From positions 28,818 to 92,817 of the forward strand of contig OZ241886.1 in NCBI GenBank assembly GCA_965203375.1: DNA of 64,000 nt, read 5' to 3'. Source of the stretch: Candidatus Aldehydirespiratoraceae bacterium (GTDB lineage Bacteria > Actinomycetota > Acidimicrobiia > Acidimicrobiales > Aldehydirespiratoraceae). The position numbers were made by a program, and so were the translations under genes. Position 1 is the first letter of the stretch. Each line of letters begins with the position of its first letter. The notes under the pieces are model-generated. The model did not search any database, was not told where the DNA came from, and saw only the letters and a program-made list of their open reading frames with translations. Below are positions 17,449 to 28,003 of this stretch, one piece after another.

Positions 17449-18030
17449 TCAGCCGGCGATGACGGTCACGCCGGCGGCGGCCATTTCGGCTAGGGCTGCC
17501 TCGGTGGTGGGTGCCGCCACTCCGGCGCAGTGCTCCAGCAGGACGGTGGTCTCGAAGCCCGCCCGGCGGGCGTCTAAGGCGGTGGCCCGCACGCAGTGGT
17601 CGGTGGCCAGGCCCACCACGTCGACCGCTTCCACATTCCGCTCGGACAGCCACGACCCCAGCGGCGTGGTCTCGTCTCCGGCCGCGGTCCCGTCGAAGCC
17701 GGTGTAGCTGGCGGTGTAGCGGCCCTTGAGGAATACCTCGTCGAGGGCCACATCGAGGTCGGGATGCAGCTCGGCGCCGGGCGAGGAGGCCACGCAGTGA
17801 ACCGGCCAGGTGTCGACGAAATTCGGGTCGGACCCTTCGGCGGCGAAGTGGTCGCCGGGGTCCACGTGCCAGTCCTTGGTGGCCACCACGTGCCGGTAGC
17901 GGCCCCCAGCCCGGTCGGCGCCCACCAAGCCGGCAACGGACCGGGCCACGGCCGCTCCTCCCTCCACGGCCAGGGCGCCCCCCTCGCAGAAGTCGTTCTG
18001 GACGTCGACGATTATCAACGCTCGGTTCAT
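17449..18030 (-). CDS. pncA: Nicotinamidase/pyrazinamidase (isochorismatase family)
   Basis: MNRALIIVDVQNDFCEGGALAV... and the ...ATDHCV motif (Cys nucleophile region) are typical of PncA. Confidence 0.85.
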   Translation of the reverse strand: MNRALIIVDVQNDFCEGGALAVEGGAAVARSVAGLVGADRAGGRYRHVVATKDWHVDPGDHFAAEGSDPNFVDTWPVHCVASSPGAELHPDLDVALDEVFLKGRYTASYTGFDGTAAGDETTPLGSWLSERNVEAVDVVGLATDHCVRATALDARRAGFETTVLLEHCAGVAAPTTEAALAEMAAAGVTVIAG

Positions 18031-18040
18031 GGCGCCTCTC

Positions 18041-19525
18041 CTATTCGTTCGGCGTGCTCTCGCTCGGTGGGCTCTCGCTCGGCGTGCTCTTCGGTCCGCT
18101 CTCGCTCGGTGTGCCTGCCTGAGCCGGGCCAGCGCCTGCGCCGGACGAGCGGGCGGGCACCTCCCCTGTATCTATCGGCTGTTCGACCCCCACCCAGACG
18201 GTGGGGACGGCCGGGGACCGGCGGGGATGGGGGACCCGGTCGGAGGGCCGCAGCCTCTCCCGGCGCTCCAGGCAGCGGGCCCGGGCCTCCCCCACGTCGC
18301 CGCAGGCCATGGGCTCGCCCGCGGTGATCAGGGCCCGCTGGGGCCGGTGCGAGCCCTCGGGGACTTCGACGGGCAGCACCGACAGCACCTCGGCCGACCA
18401 GAACCCGTCGGAGTCCACCGTGCGATGCACCTTCTTGCGGCCGCCGACGGTCGACTTGCCCGGCGAGAGCTTCCCCACCGCCCGCAGGGGCGCGGCCTCC
18501 TCGGCCGAGTCGGCGATGGCCACCAGCTTGTAGACCACCGAGGCGGTGGGATGGCCCGACCCGGTGACCAGGCTGGTGCCCACCAGGTAGGCGTCGATCG
18601 GGGCCCGGGCCTCCTCCAGCTCGGCCACCCGGTACTCGTCGAGATCGCCCGACGCCACGATCCGGCAGTTCGCCGCGCCCAGCTCGTCCAGCAGGGCCCG
18701 GGCCCGGATGCTGGAGGCCAGCAGGTTGCCGCTGTCGATGCGGACCGCCCCGATGCCGGGGCCGACCGCCGCCACCGCTCGCCGGATGCCCTCGAGAACA
18801 TCAAAGGTGTCGACCAGGTAGGTGGAGCCGGCACCGAGCACGTCCCGCTGGGCCTCGAAGGCGGCCGACTCGCCGGAGTGGGCCAGCACGAAGGCGTGGG
18901 CGGCGGTACCACCGGTGGGGATGCCGTGGCGGCGGCCGGTCTCGAGGTTGGAGGTGGTGTCGAAACCGCCCACGTGGGCGGCCCGGGCGGCGGCCACCGC
19001 CGCGTCGGGATCGGTGCGCCGGCTGCCGCCCTCAATGAGGAGGCGGCCGTTGGCCACATCGTGGACCCGGGCCGCGGCCGAGGCCACCGCGCAGTCGTGG
19101 TTGAGGATCGACAGCACCACCGTCTCCAGCACGACGCACTCGGCGAAGGACCCCTCGATGGTCAGCACCGGCGAATACGGGAAGAACAGCTCCCCGTCGG
19201 GGTAGCCGGTCACGTCCCCCCGGAACCGGTAACCGCGCAGCCACCGGGCCATGGGGCCGTCGGATATCACGCCCGCGCCGATCAGATAGCCGACGGCCTC
19301 GTCGTCGAAGCGGAACCGCCCGATGGCGTCCACCACCCGGTCGATGCCGGCCACCACCCCGTAGGCCCGGCCCTCGGGCAGCCGGCGGGCGAACGCCTCG
19401 AAGACGGCCCGGCGGTCGGCGATCCCCGACTCGAGCGAGGCGGCCACCATGGTGAGCTCGTAGTGGTCGGTCTGGAGGGCGACAACGGCGCCGCGGCCCA
19501 TCCCCCGAACGCTACCGGCCCGCAC
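18041..19525 (-). CDS. pncB: Nicotinate phosphoribosyltransferase
   Basis: LQTDHYELTMVAASL...AVFEAFARRLPEGRAYGVVAG is the NAPRTase N-terminus. Full-length, with a low-complexity tail (PSESGPKSTPSESPPSESTPNE). Confidence 0.85.
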   Translation of the reverse strand: MRAGSVRGMGRGAVVALQTDHYELTMVAASLESGIADRRAVFEAFARRLPEGRAYGVVAGIDRVVDAIGRFRFDDEAVGYLIGAGVISDGPMARWLRGYRFRGDVTGYPDGELFFPYSPVLTIEGSFAECVVLETVVLSILNHDCAVASAAARVHDVANGRLLIEGGSRRTDPDAAVAAARAAHVGGFDTTSNLETGRRHGIPTGGTAAHAFVLAHSGESAAFEAQRDVLGAGSTYLVDTFDVLEGIRRAVAAVGPGIGAVRIDSGNLLASSIRARALLDELGAANCRIVASGDLDEYRVAELEEARAPIDAYLVGTSLVTGSGHPTASVVYKLVAIADSAEEAAPLRAVGKLSPGKSTVGGRKKVHRTVDSDGFWSAEVLSVLPVEVPEGSHRPQRALITAGEPMACGDVGEARARCLERRERLRPSDRVPHPRRSPAVPTVWVGVEQPIDTGEVPARSSGAGAGPAQAGTPSESGPKSTPSESPPSESTPNE

Positions 19526-19571
19526 TCCGGCGGCCCGCAGCGAGCCCGGCCGCGACCTGCAACCCGTAGAG

Positions 19572-21302
19572 CTACCGCCGGTCGGCCGCCGCCGCGGTCC
19601 GAGCGATGGCGTCGAGCTTCTCGGTTATCTCCGGGTCAATCTCGTCGTCGGGGACATGGTCCGCCAGCACGTGGAAGTTGGTCTTCCTCATCAAGTTCGG
19701 CAAGGACAGCCGCCGATAATAGTCGTTGAACAAGGGAGTGAGGAAGTCGTCACTCACCTTTGTGTCGTCATCCCAGGGTGAACTCTGGCCCAGCGTCGCC
19801 ATCGCTCTTTCGATCTCATCTATCGCCTCGTTCATCGCCCCCATCCGCCTCTCGACTTCGGATTCGTCGAACAAGGGGCCGGGGTACTCGGCTTCAGCCG
19901 TGGCCGACGCGTACGATTCGAGCGCAGCCCGCGAGCAGAGATAGTTCTCGATCTCTCGCTGGTTCCAGCCCAGGCAACTGAAGTTTTTGTCGGATGGCTC
20001 AGCGACCGTCTCATCCAGGATCACGATCGCCCGCAAATGCGGAAGGGCCTCCTGCAACCCATGATAATGATTGCGAGCCTTCACAACCTGATTGCCGACA
20101 TAGTGAACGAAGGGCCGGTCGAGGGCCCGGGCTGCGTCGGCGTGTCCGAGCCGATCGGCGAAAGCTCTGAGGATGGCCAAATCGGTTGAGCCTTCAAGAT
20201 AGAGCACCCAGCCCGTCTGCTCGGCCTGGACATAGTGCTCGAAACCAATGTCTCTGAGCGCCTTATGTACCTGACTGCCACGGTCGTCAATGCGGTGGGG
20301 CAGGCCGACGAAAGCGACCACCACATCTTTGCCAGCGGCTTCGTTGAGCAGCGCTTCCGAATGGCTGGCCGCGATCACTTGACTGCCGCTGGACTCGGCC
20401 GTCTCCTGTATGCAGTGATAGATCTGGCGCTGCCTCAATATCTCGAGGTGGGCATCGGGCTCGTCCAGCATGAGCACAGCGCCAGGGTCGACGGCGTACA
20501 TGTAGGAGAGAATCAGCAGGGTCTGCTGAAGCCCTCGGCCGCTGGAGGAGAGGTCGAGCGAGGCACCGTTCTCCCGGTAGCTCATGGTGATCTCGCCTCG
20601 CTCATCCACGTAGCGGGGATCTTCGAGGCATGCGCCGAACAGGCTCTCAATCTGCTCGACTAGCCGTTCCCACTGCTCGGGGTGCTCGCGGTAGACGCGG
20701 AAGCAGAGGTTTCGCAGCACCTCGGCAGTCCGGCCTTCGCCGACTCGCACATTGATCGAGCCTGGATCGAGGCGCGTTTCAGTAGCAGCCAGACCCGACA
20801 TCGGCGGGAGGAAGGCCACTTCCACCAAGCCCGCCTCGGGCGGAACGGGCATTCGCTCGGAGGTCCGGCCCCTTCCGACCCGCAAGGGACGGCAGTAGAA
20901 CGACTCCTCGTTGGCGTAGTCAAACTCCAGCCCGCAGGACCACGCCTGGTTGCCGTCCACGCCGTCCACTGAGATCTCAATGCGGATGTTGCTCGTCTGG
21001 GGCCGTCCGTCGACCCGGCGCACGTTGCGGGTGTGGAGATCCCGCCACAGCAAGTTGGCGGCCGGCGTCGGGATGGCCATCAGGTCTCGACGGTTCACCG
21101 TGACTCCCGGCCGCTTCTCGGGCCCGGTCGAACGGGCCCGACGGGCATTCCAGCGCTTCAGCCCCGCGTTCCACAGCGCCAGCGCCTGCATGGCGGAGGT
21201 CTTGCCCGAGTTGTTGGGGCCGATGAACAAGACAGGGTCACCTAATTCGACCTCGACATGGTCGAAGCGCTTGAAGTTGCGGATGACGAGGTTGGTCAAC
21301 AC
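19572..21302 (-). CDS. OLD/PARIS-like ABC-type ATPase fused to DUF4435/Toprim-like domain
   Basis: Walker A GPNNSGKTS, SSSGRGLQQ, Walker B VLMLDEPDAHL and ASHSE. The C-terminal WVLYLEGSTDLAILRAF resembles the xEGxxD Toprim/DUF4435 core. Confidence 0.6.
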   Translation of the reverse strand: MLTNLVIRNFKRFDHVEVELGDPVLFIGPNNSGKTSAMQALALWNAGLKRWNARRARSTGPEKRPGVTVNRRDLMAIPTPAANLLWRDLHTRNVRRVDGRPQTSNIRIEISVDGVDGNQAWSCGLEFDYANEESFYCRPLRVGRGRTSERMPVPPEAGLVEVAFLPPMSGLAATETRLDPGSINVRVGEGRTAEVLRNLCFRVYREHPEQWERLVEQIESLFGACLEDPRYVDERGEITMSYRENGASLDLSSSGRGLQQTLLILSYMYAVDPGAVLMLDEPDAHLEILRQRQIYHCIQETAESSGSQVIAASHSEALLNEAAGKDVVVAFVGLPHRIDDRGSQVHKALRDIGFEHYVQAEQTGWVLYLEGSTDLAILRAFADRLGHADAARALDRPFVHYVGNQVVKARNHYHGLQEALPHLRAIVILDETVAEPSDKNFSCLGWNQREIENYLCSRAALESYASATAEAEYPGPLFDESEVERRMGAMNEAIDEIERAMATLGQSSPWDDDTKVSDDFLTPLFNDYYRRLSLPNLMRKTNFHVLADHVPDDEIDPEITEKLDAIARTAAAADRR

Positions 21303-21310
21303 GGCGGAAC

Positions 21311-21496
21311 CTCTTCGGCGGTTCCCACCACCCTAGGACTGAACGGGGGCGGAGGGGGCGGGACTTTCCCCGACCCCTCGGCGGTTCCCACCGAGCTACG
21401 GCTGAAAGCGGCTGGATGGGACTCCGCTGCCTCTTCGGCGGTTCCCACCAAAGCTACGGTTGAACAGCGCGGAGGGGGTCGGGACTTCGCCGGACC
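21311..21496. repeat. Three tandem ~55-65 bp repeats in a divergent intergenic region
   Basis: Units start at 21311, 21376 and 21431. Each has TCGGCGGTTCCCACC, then CTA(C/G)G(G/A)(C/T)TGAA, then a GGGACT-containing tail. Confidence 0.7.
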
Positions 21497-21569
21497 GCGT
21501 CAGGCCGTACGCGGACGGGGCGGTGGTCCGTAGGCTCGGCTTGGCGGATGCGGCGAGGAGGGTGAGGCC

Positions 21570-23432
21570 GTGGTGGCAGTCAGCGGATTCCACGTGATGT
21601 ACTCCATGTCCGCCGACACCTCGGACCTGGCCGGGCGGCGGATCGGGCGCGAGACCCGGCGGCGGGTGTGGGGGTTCGCCCGCCCCTACCGGCGCCTGAT
21701 CGCCGCCTTCATGGCCGCCGTGGTGGCCGCCACCTTCCTGGGCCTGCTGCCGCCCCTGCTCATACGCCAGGTCTTCGACGTGGCCATCGCCGACGGCAAC
21801 GGCCGCTACCTCAACGTCCTGTTCGCGGTGATAGTGGCCGCGGCCCTGGGCGAAGCCCTGCTCACGCTGCTGGAGCGGTGGCTGTCGGCCACGGTGGGCG
21901 AGGGACTGATATTCGACCTGAGGGCGGCGCTGTTCGACCATGTGCAGCGGATGCCGGTGCTGTTCTTCACCCGGACCCAGACCGGCACCCTGATCAGCCG
22001 GCTCAACAACGACGTGATCGGAGCCCAGCGGGCCTTCACCGGAACGCTGGGCACGGTGGTCAGCAACGTGATCACCCTGGTCGGCACCCTGGCCGCCATG
22101 TTCCTGCTCGAATGGCGGCTGACCCTGCTGGCCGTGGTCATCGTGCCGCTGTTCGTCCTGCCCGCCCGCCGGGTGGGCCGCCGCCTCCAGGCCATCACCC
22201 GAGAGGGGATGGACCTCAACGCCTCCATGAACGACACCATGACCGAGCGGTTCAACGTGGCCGGGGCCCTGCTGGTCAAGCTGTTCGGGCGCCACGACGG
22301 CGAGGCCCGCGACTTCGCCCGGCGGGCCGGGCGGGTGCGCGACATCGGGGTGCGCAGCGCCATGTACTCGCGGGTGTTCCTCATCGCCCTGACCTTCGTG
22401 GGGGCGGCCGGCACCGCCGTCGTCTACTGGCTGGGCGGCCACCTCACCATCGACGGCGCCCTGACTGCGGGCACCCTGGTGGCCCTCGGCCTGTACACGG
22501 TGCGGATCTACGTGCCGCTGACCAGCCTCTCCAACGCCAGGGTGGACGTGATGACCGCGTTCGTGAGCTTCGAGCGGGTGTTCGAGGTGCTCGACGCCCC
22601 CAACCCGATCACCGACGCCCCCGGCGCCCGGGACTTGGCCGACCCCGAAGGCCGGGTCCGCTTCGACCGGGTCCGCTTCGCCTTTCCGGCCGAGGCCGGG
22701 CCCGAGTCTCTGGGCTTCGGCGGGGGCGACGCCTCCGGCGACGTGCTGACCGATGTCGACCTCGAGATCCCCCCGGGCCGGATGGTGGCGGTGGTCGGCC
22801 CGTCGGGGGCGGGCAAGACCACGCTGGCGTCGCTGATCCCCCGGCTCCACGACGTGACCGGCGGGGCGGTGTCGGTGGACGGCGTCGACGTCCGCCAACT
22901 CACCCAGGACTCGCTGCGGGCGGCCATCGGGGTGGTGACCCAGGACCCGCACCTGTTCCACGACACCATCGCCGCCAACCTGCTCTACGCCCGCCCCGGC
23001 GCCTCGGCCGCCGAGCTGGAGGCGGCCTGCCGGGCCGCCCGCATCCACGACGTGATCGCGGCCCTGCCCGAGAGGTACGACACCGTGGTGGGCGAGCGGG
23101 GCTACCGGCTCTCCGGCGGCGAGAAGCAGCGGCTGGCCATCGCCCGGATGCTGCTCAAGGACCCGGCCATCGTCATCCTCGACGAGGCCACCTCCCACCT
23201 CGACAGCGAGAACGAGGCCCACGTCCAGGAGGCCCTGGCCGAGGCGCTGAGGGGCCGCACCTCGCTGGTGATCGCCCACCGCCTGTCCACCATCGCCGAC
23301 GCCGACGTGATCGTCGTGCTCGACGAGGGCCGGATCGTCGAGTCGGGGACCCACGAGGAGCTGCGCCGGGCCGGGGGCCTCTACGAGGAGCTGTACGAGA
23401 CCCTGATGCGGGCCGAGGCCGCGCCGGCATGA
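21570..23432 (+). CDS. ABC exporter, fused permease/ATPase (MsbA/multidrug type)
   Basis: Six-TM N-terminal half, then GPSGAGKTT, LSGGEKQRLAIARMLL and ILDEATSHLD. Confidence 0.85.
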   Translation: MVAVSGFHVMYSMSADTSDLAGRRIGRETRRRVWGFARPYRRLIAAFMAAVVAATFLGLLPPLLIRQVFDVAIADGNGRYLNVLFAVIVAAALGEALLTLLERWLSATVGEGLIFDLRAALFDHVQRMPVLFFTRTQTGTLISRLNNDVIGAQRAFTGTLGTVVSNVITLVGTLAAMFLLEWRLTLLAVVIVPLFVLPARRVGRRLQAITREGMDLNASMNDTMTERFNVAGALLVKLFGRHDGEARDFARRAGRVRDIGVRSAMYSRVFLIALTFVGAAGTAVVYWLGGHLTIDGALTAGTLVALGLYTVRIYVPLTSLSNARVDVMTAFVSFERVFEVLDAPNPITDAPGARDLADPEGRVRFDRVRFAFPAEAGPESLGFGGGDASGDVLTDVDLEIPPGRMVAVVGPSGAGKTTLASLIPRLHDVTGGAVSVDGVDVRQLTQDSLRAAIGVVTQDPHLFHDTIAANLLYARPGASAAELEAACRAARIHDVIAALPERYDTVVGERGYRLSGGEKQRLAIARMLLKDPAIVILDEATSHLDSENEAHVQEALAEALRGRTSLVIAHRLSTIADADVIVVLDEGRIVESGTHEELRRAGGLYEELYETLMRAEAAPA

Positions 23433-24763
23433 GCGCCGGCAGGCCGGGCGGGGCGGCCGGGCGGCCGGACACCGGGGCAGGCCGGGCCGGGGCAGGTCCG
23501 GGCGGGGGGCCGGGATCGCTCGGGGGGACCTACACGGTGGCCGAGCTGGCCGAGGCGCTGCGGAGCATGCTGGACGGGGCGTTCCCGACCGGGGTGTGGG
23601 TGGCGGGCGAGATCGGCGGCATCTCCCGGTCGGCTCGGGGGGCGGTGTTCTTCGACTTGGTCGAGCCGGGCGAGGCGCCGGGCCAGCCCCGGGCCAAGGT
23701 GTCGGTGGTGCTGTTCAGCCAGGACCGGGACCGGGTCAACGCGGTGATCCGCCGCCACGGCAACGCCATCCGGATGACCGAGGGGGTGAGGGTCCGCATC
23801 CAGGGGATGCTCGACTACCACCCCCCGACGGGGCGGCTCCAGGTCCGCATGACCGCCATCGACCCGGCCCACACCCTCGGGCTCATGGTGGCCGAGCGGG
23901 AGGTGCTGATGCAGGCCCTGGCCCGCGAGGGCCTGCTGCGGGCCAACGCCGGGCGGCCGCTGGCGCCGGTCCCGCTGCGGGTCGGTCTGGTGACCTCGAT
24001 GGACAGCGCCGCCCACGCCGACGTTATGAGGAGGCTCGCCTCCAGCGGCTTCGCCTTCAAGGTGACCGAGGTCCACGCCGCCGTGCAGGGGGCCAGAGCC
24101 CCCGAAGAGCTGGCCGCGGCCATCGCCGCCGCGGCCGGTGACGCCGATGTGGTGGCGGTGGTGAGAGGCGGCGGGAGCCGGACCGACTTGGCCGCCTTCG
24201 ACCACCAGACGGTGGCCCGGGCCATAGCCGCCTGCCCCCGGCCGGTGTTCACCGGCATCGGCCACGAGATCGACCGCAGCGTGGCCGACGAGGCGGCCCA
24301 CACCGCCTGCCCCACCCCCACCGCCGCGGCGGCGGCGCTGATCGAGCGGGTGGAGGGCTGGCTGGCCGGCTTGGACGAGACGGCCCGGGCGGTGGAAGCC
24401 CGCAGCCGCGCCGTCATCGCCGGGGCGGACCACGCCGTCGCCGCCGGGGCCGCGGCCCTAGCCGAGGCCTCTGCCGGAGCGGCGGACCGGGCCGACCGGC
24501 GCCTGACCGCCGCGGCCGCTGCGTTTGGCCGGGTCGGGGCCGCCGGCCTGGACCGGGCCGCGGCCCGCCTGGAGACGGCCTCGGCCCGTCTGGAGGCCCT
24601 GGACCCGGTCAAGGTGCTGAAGCGAGGCTGGTCCATCACCCGGCGGTCGGACGGACGGGTGGTGCGGTCCGTGGCCGACGCGGCGCCGGGCGAGGCGATA
24701 ACCACCACCGTCGCCGACGGCGCCCTCGTCAGTACCATTCGGGGCCCCGGCCCAACGGAGTGA
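23429..24763 (+). CDS. xseA: Exodeoxyribonuclease VII large subunit
   Basis: YTVAELAEALRSML...VWVAGEIGGISRS...RGGGSRTDLAAFD...PVFTGIGHEID. The ATG overlaps the upstream stop (ATGA). Same frame as track ORF 21668..24763. Confidence 0.85.
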   Translation: MSAGRPGGAAGRPDTGAGRAGAGPGGGPGSLGGTYTVAELAEALRSMLDGAFPTGVWVAGEIGGISRSARGAVFFDLVEPGEAPGQPRAKVSVVLFSQDRDRVNAVIRRHGNAIRMTEGVRVRIQGMLDYHPPTGRLQVRMTAIDPAHTLGLMVAEREVLMQALAREGLLRANAGRPLAPVPLRVGLVTSMDSAAHADVMRRLASSGFAFKVTEVHAAVQGARAPEELAAAIAAAAGDADVVAVVRGGGSRTDLAAFDHQTVARAIAACPRPVFTGIGHEIDRSVADEAAHTACPTPTAAAAALIERVEGWLAGLDETARAVEARSRAVIAGADHAVAAGAAALAEASAGAADRADRRLTAAAAAFGRVGAAGLDRAAARLETASARLEALDPVKVLKRGWSITRRSDGRVVRSVADAAPGEAITTTVADGALVSTIRGPGPTE

Positions 24764-24797
24764 CCGATGCCCGCCGACACCCCCAGCCCCGACCCCG

Positions 24798-25163
24798 TTG
24801 TATGACTCCATCACCGTCCGCAGACAAGCCGCCGAGAGGCGAGACCCCGAGGGCGCCGACGGCCCGACTGCGACCATGACCGGCGAGGCGGACCCCGCCA
24901 GCCCCGACCCCGAAGGTGCCGACGGCCCGGACGGCAACGACCCGGACGGCGACGGCGCCGAACTCGGCTATGCGGCGGCCCGGGCGGAACTCGACCTGAT
25001 CCTGGCCGAGCTGAGCGGCGACGACCTCGACGTGGACGTGCTGGCCGAGCGGGTGGAGCGGGCCTCGGCTCTGATCGAGATCTGCCGGGGCCGGATCGCC
25101 AACGCCCGCATCCAGGTGGAGCGGGTCATGGCCGCCGCACCCGGCCCGGGCGATCAGACGTGA
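24798..25163 (+). CDS. xseB: Exodeoxyribonuclease VII small subunit
   Basis: LGYAAARAELDLILAELSGDDLDVDVLAERVERASALIEICRGRIANARIQVERV. The start is uncertain (TTG24798 or a downstream ATG). Confidence 0.75.
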   Translation: MYDSITVRRQAAERRDPEGADGPTATMTGEADPASPDPEGADGPDGNDPDGDGAELGYAAARAELDLILAELSGDDLDVDVLAERVERASALIEICRGRIANARIQVERVMAAAPGPGDQT

Positions 25164-25296
25164 CCGGTCGGGCCCTCGCCGCTGCACTCGGACGGGACGA
25201 CCGGACCGGCCGACCCTCCGCCGCGGCACCCCTCCGCGGCCGACCAGACGTGACCGGCCGACACTCCGCCGCCGCGGCCTGCCCGGCCGGCGGCCT

Positions 25297-26343
25297 GTGA
25301 CTGAGGCTCCCCGGCAGCTCACCTCGATCGCGGCCGGGATCACCTCCGAGCTGGCCGACCTGCTGGCGGCCGAGACCCGGCGCTGGACCGAACTCGACCC
25401 GGCGCTGAGCGAGCCCCTCGGCGACCTGACCGACCTGGTGCTGGCCGGGGGCAAGCGCATCCGGCCCGCCTTCTGCCACTGGGGGTGGGTTCTGGGGGGC
25501 GGCGACCCCGACGGCGACGGGGCCGCGGCCGCGGGCTGCGCCCTGGAGCTGCTGCACGCCTTCGCCCTGATCCACGACGACGTGATGGACGGGTCGTCCA
25601 CCCGGCGGGGCGAGCCCACCGTGTGGCATCGGTTCGTGGACCGCCACCGGCGCCGGGGCTGGCAGGGCGAGGACCGGCGCTTCGGCGAGGCGGCCGCGGT
25701 GCTGGTGGGCGACATGGCCATGGTGCTGGCCGACCGCACCCTCGGGCCGGTGGCGCCGGAGGTCCGGGCGGTGTGGGACGAGCTGCGGGCCGAGCTGAAC
25801 ATGGGCCAGTACCTGGACGTGGCGGGCACGGCCGGCGGCCGGGTCACCGGTCCGCAGGCCCGGGTGATCGCCGAGCACAAGACGGCGGGCTACACCGTGG
25901 TGCGGCCCCTCCAGCTCGGCGCGGCCCTGGCCGGCCGCACCGATCTGCACCCCGCGCTGAGCGAGCACGGCCGGCCGCTCGGCATCGCCTACCAGCTCCG
26001 CGACGACGTGATCGGCGCCTTCGGCGACCCCGAGATCACCGGCAAGCCGGTGGGGGCCGACCTCCAGGAGGGCAAGCCGACGCTGCTGCTGGCCCGGGCC
26101 CGGGAGTCGGCCACCCCGGCCCAGCTCAAGGTGCTCGACACGGTGGGGGCCGGACTCGACAGCCGCTCCGTGGCCGCCGTCCAGCAGATACTGATCGACA
26201 CCGGGGCCCGTGCCCGGGTGGAAGAGGAGATCGACCGCCTGCTGCACCGGGCCCTCGACGCCCTGGCCCTCCTGCCCGACGTGCCCGAGGCCATCGGCGC
26301 CCTCGCCGCCCTGGCCCGTTACGCGGTGACCCGCGACACCTGA
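25297..26343 (+). CDS. Polyprenyl (geranylgeranyl) diphosphate synthase
   Basis: First DDxxD in LIHDDVMDGSSTRRG and second in QLRDDVIGAFGD. Confidence 0.85.
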   Translation: MTEAPRQLTSIAAGITSELADLLAAETRRWTELDPALSEPLGDLTDLVLAGGKRIRPAFCHWGWVLGGGDPDGDGAAAAGCALELLHAFALIHDDVMDGSSTRRGEPTVWHRFVDRHRRRGWQGEDRRFGEAAAVLVGDMAMVLADRTLGPVAPEVRAVWDELRAELNMGQYLDVAGTAGGRVTGPQARVIAEHKTAGYTVVRPLQLGAALAGRTDLHPALSEHGRPLGIAYQLRDDVIGAFGDPEITGKPVGADLQEGKPTLLLARARESATPAQLKVLDTVGAGLDSRSVAAVQQILIDTGARARVEEEIDRLLHRALDALALLPDVPEAIGALAALARYAVTRDT

Positions 26344-26352
26344 GACAGCGCC

Positions 26353-27990
<1,638 letters not shown>

Positions 27991-28003
27991 CGTCACCGTC
28001 GCC

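Noticed and set aside
17324-18327. Plus-strand ORFs 17324..17707, 17596..18327 and others overlapping pncA.
   Set aside because: They are antisense to a clear nicotinamidase gene, and their composition is Arg/Pro/Ala-rich.
21311-21496. Possible mini-CRISPR array (three repeats with ~60-bp period). The same thought applied to the 62-bp-period elements at 38797-38968.
   Set aside because: The 'spacer' portions are themselves homologous between units, so these are whole-unit tandem repeats. There are only three units, no cas genes in the window, and the 38.8-kb units are palindromic hairpins rather than repeat-spacer structures.
21311-21496. The reverse complement of the repeats (…GTAGCTCGGTGGGAACCGCCGAGG) looked superficially like a tRNA acceptor/D-arm.
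   Set aside because: No complementary D-stem, anticodon arm or T-arm can be drawn, so this is not a tRNA or tRNA fragment.
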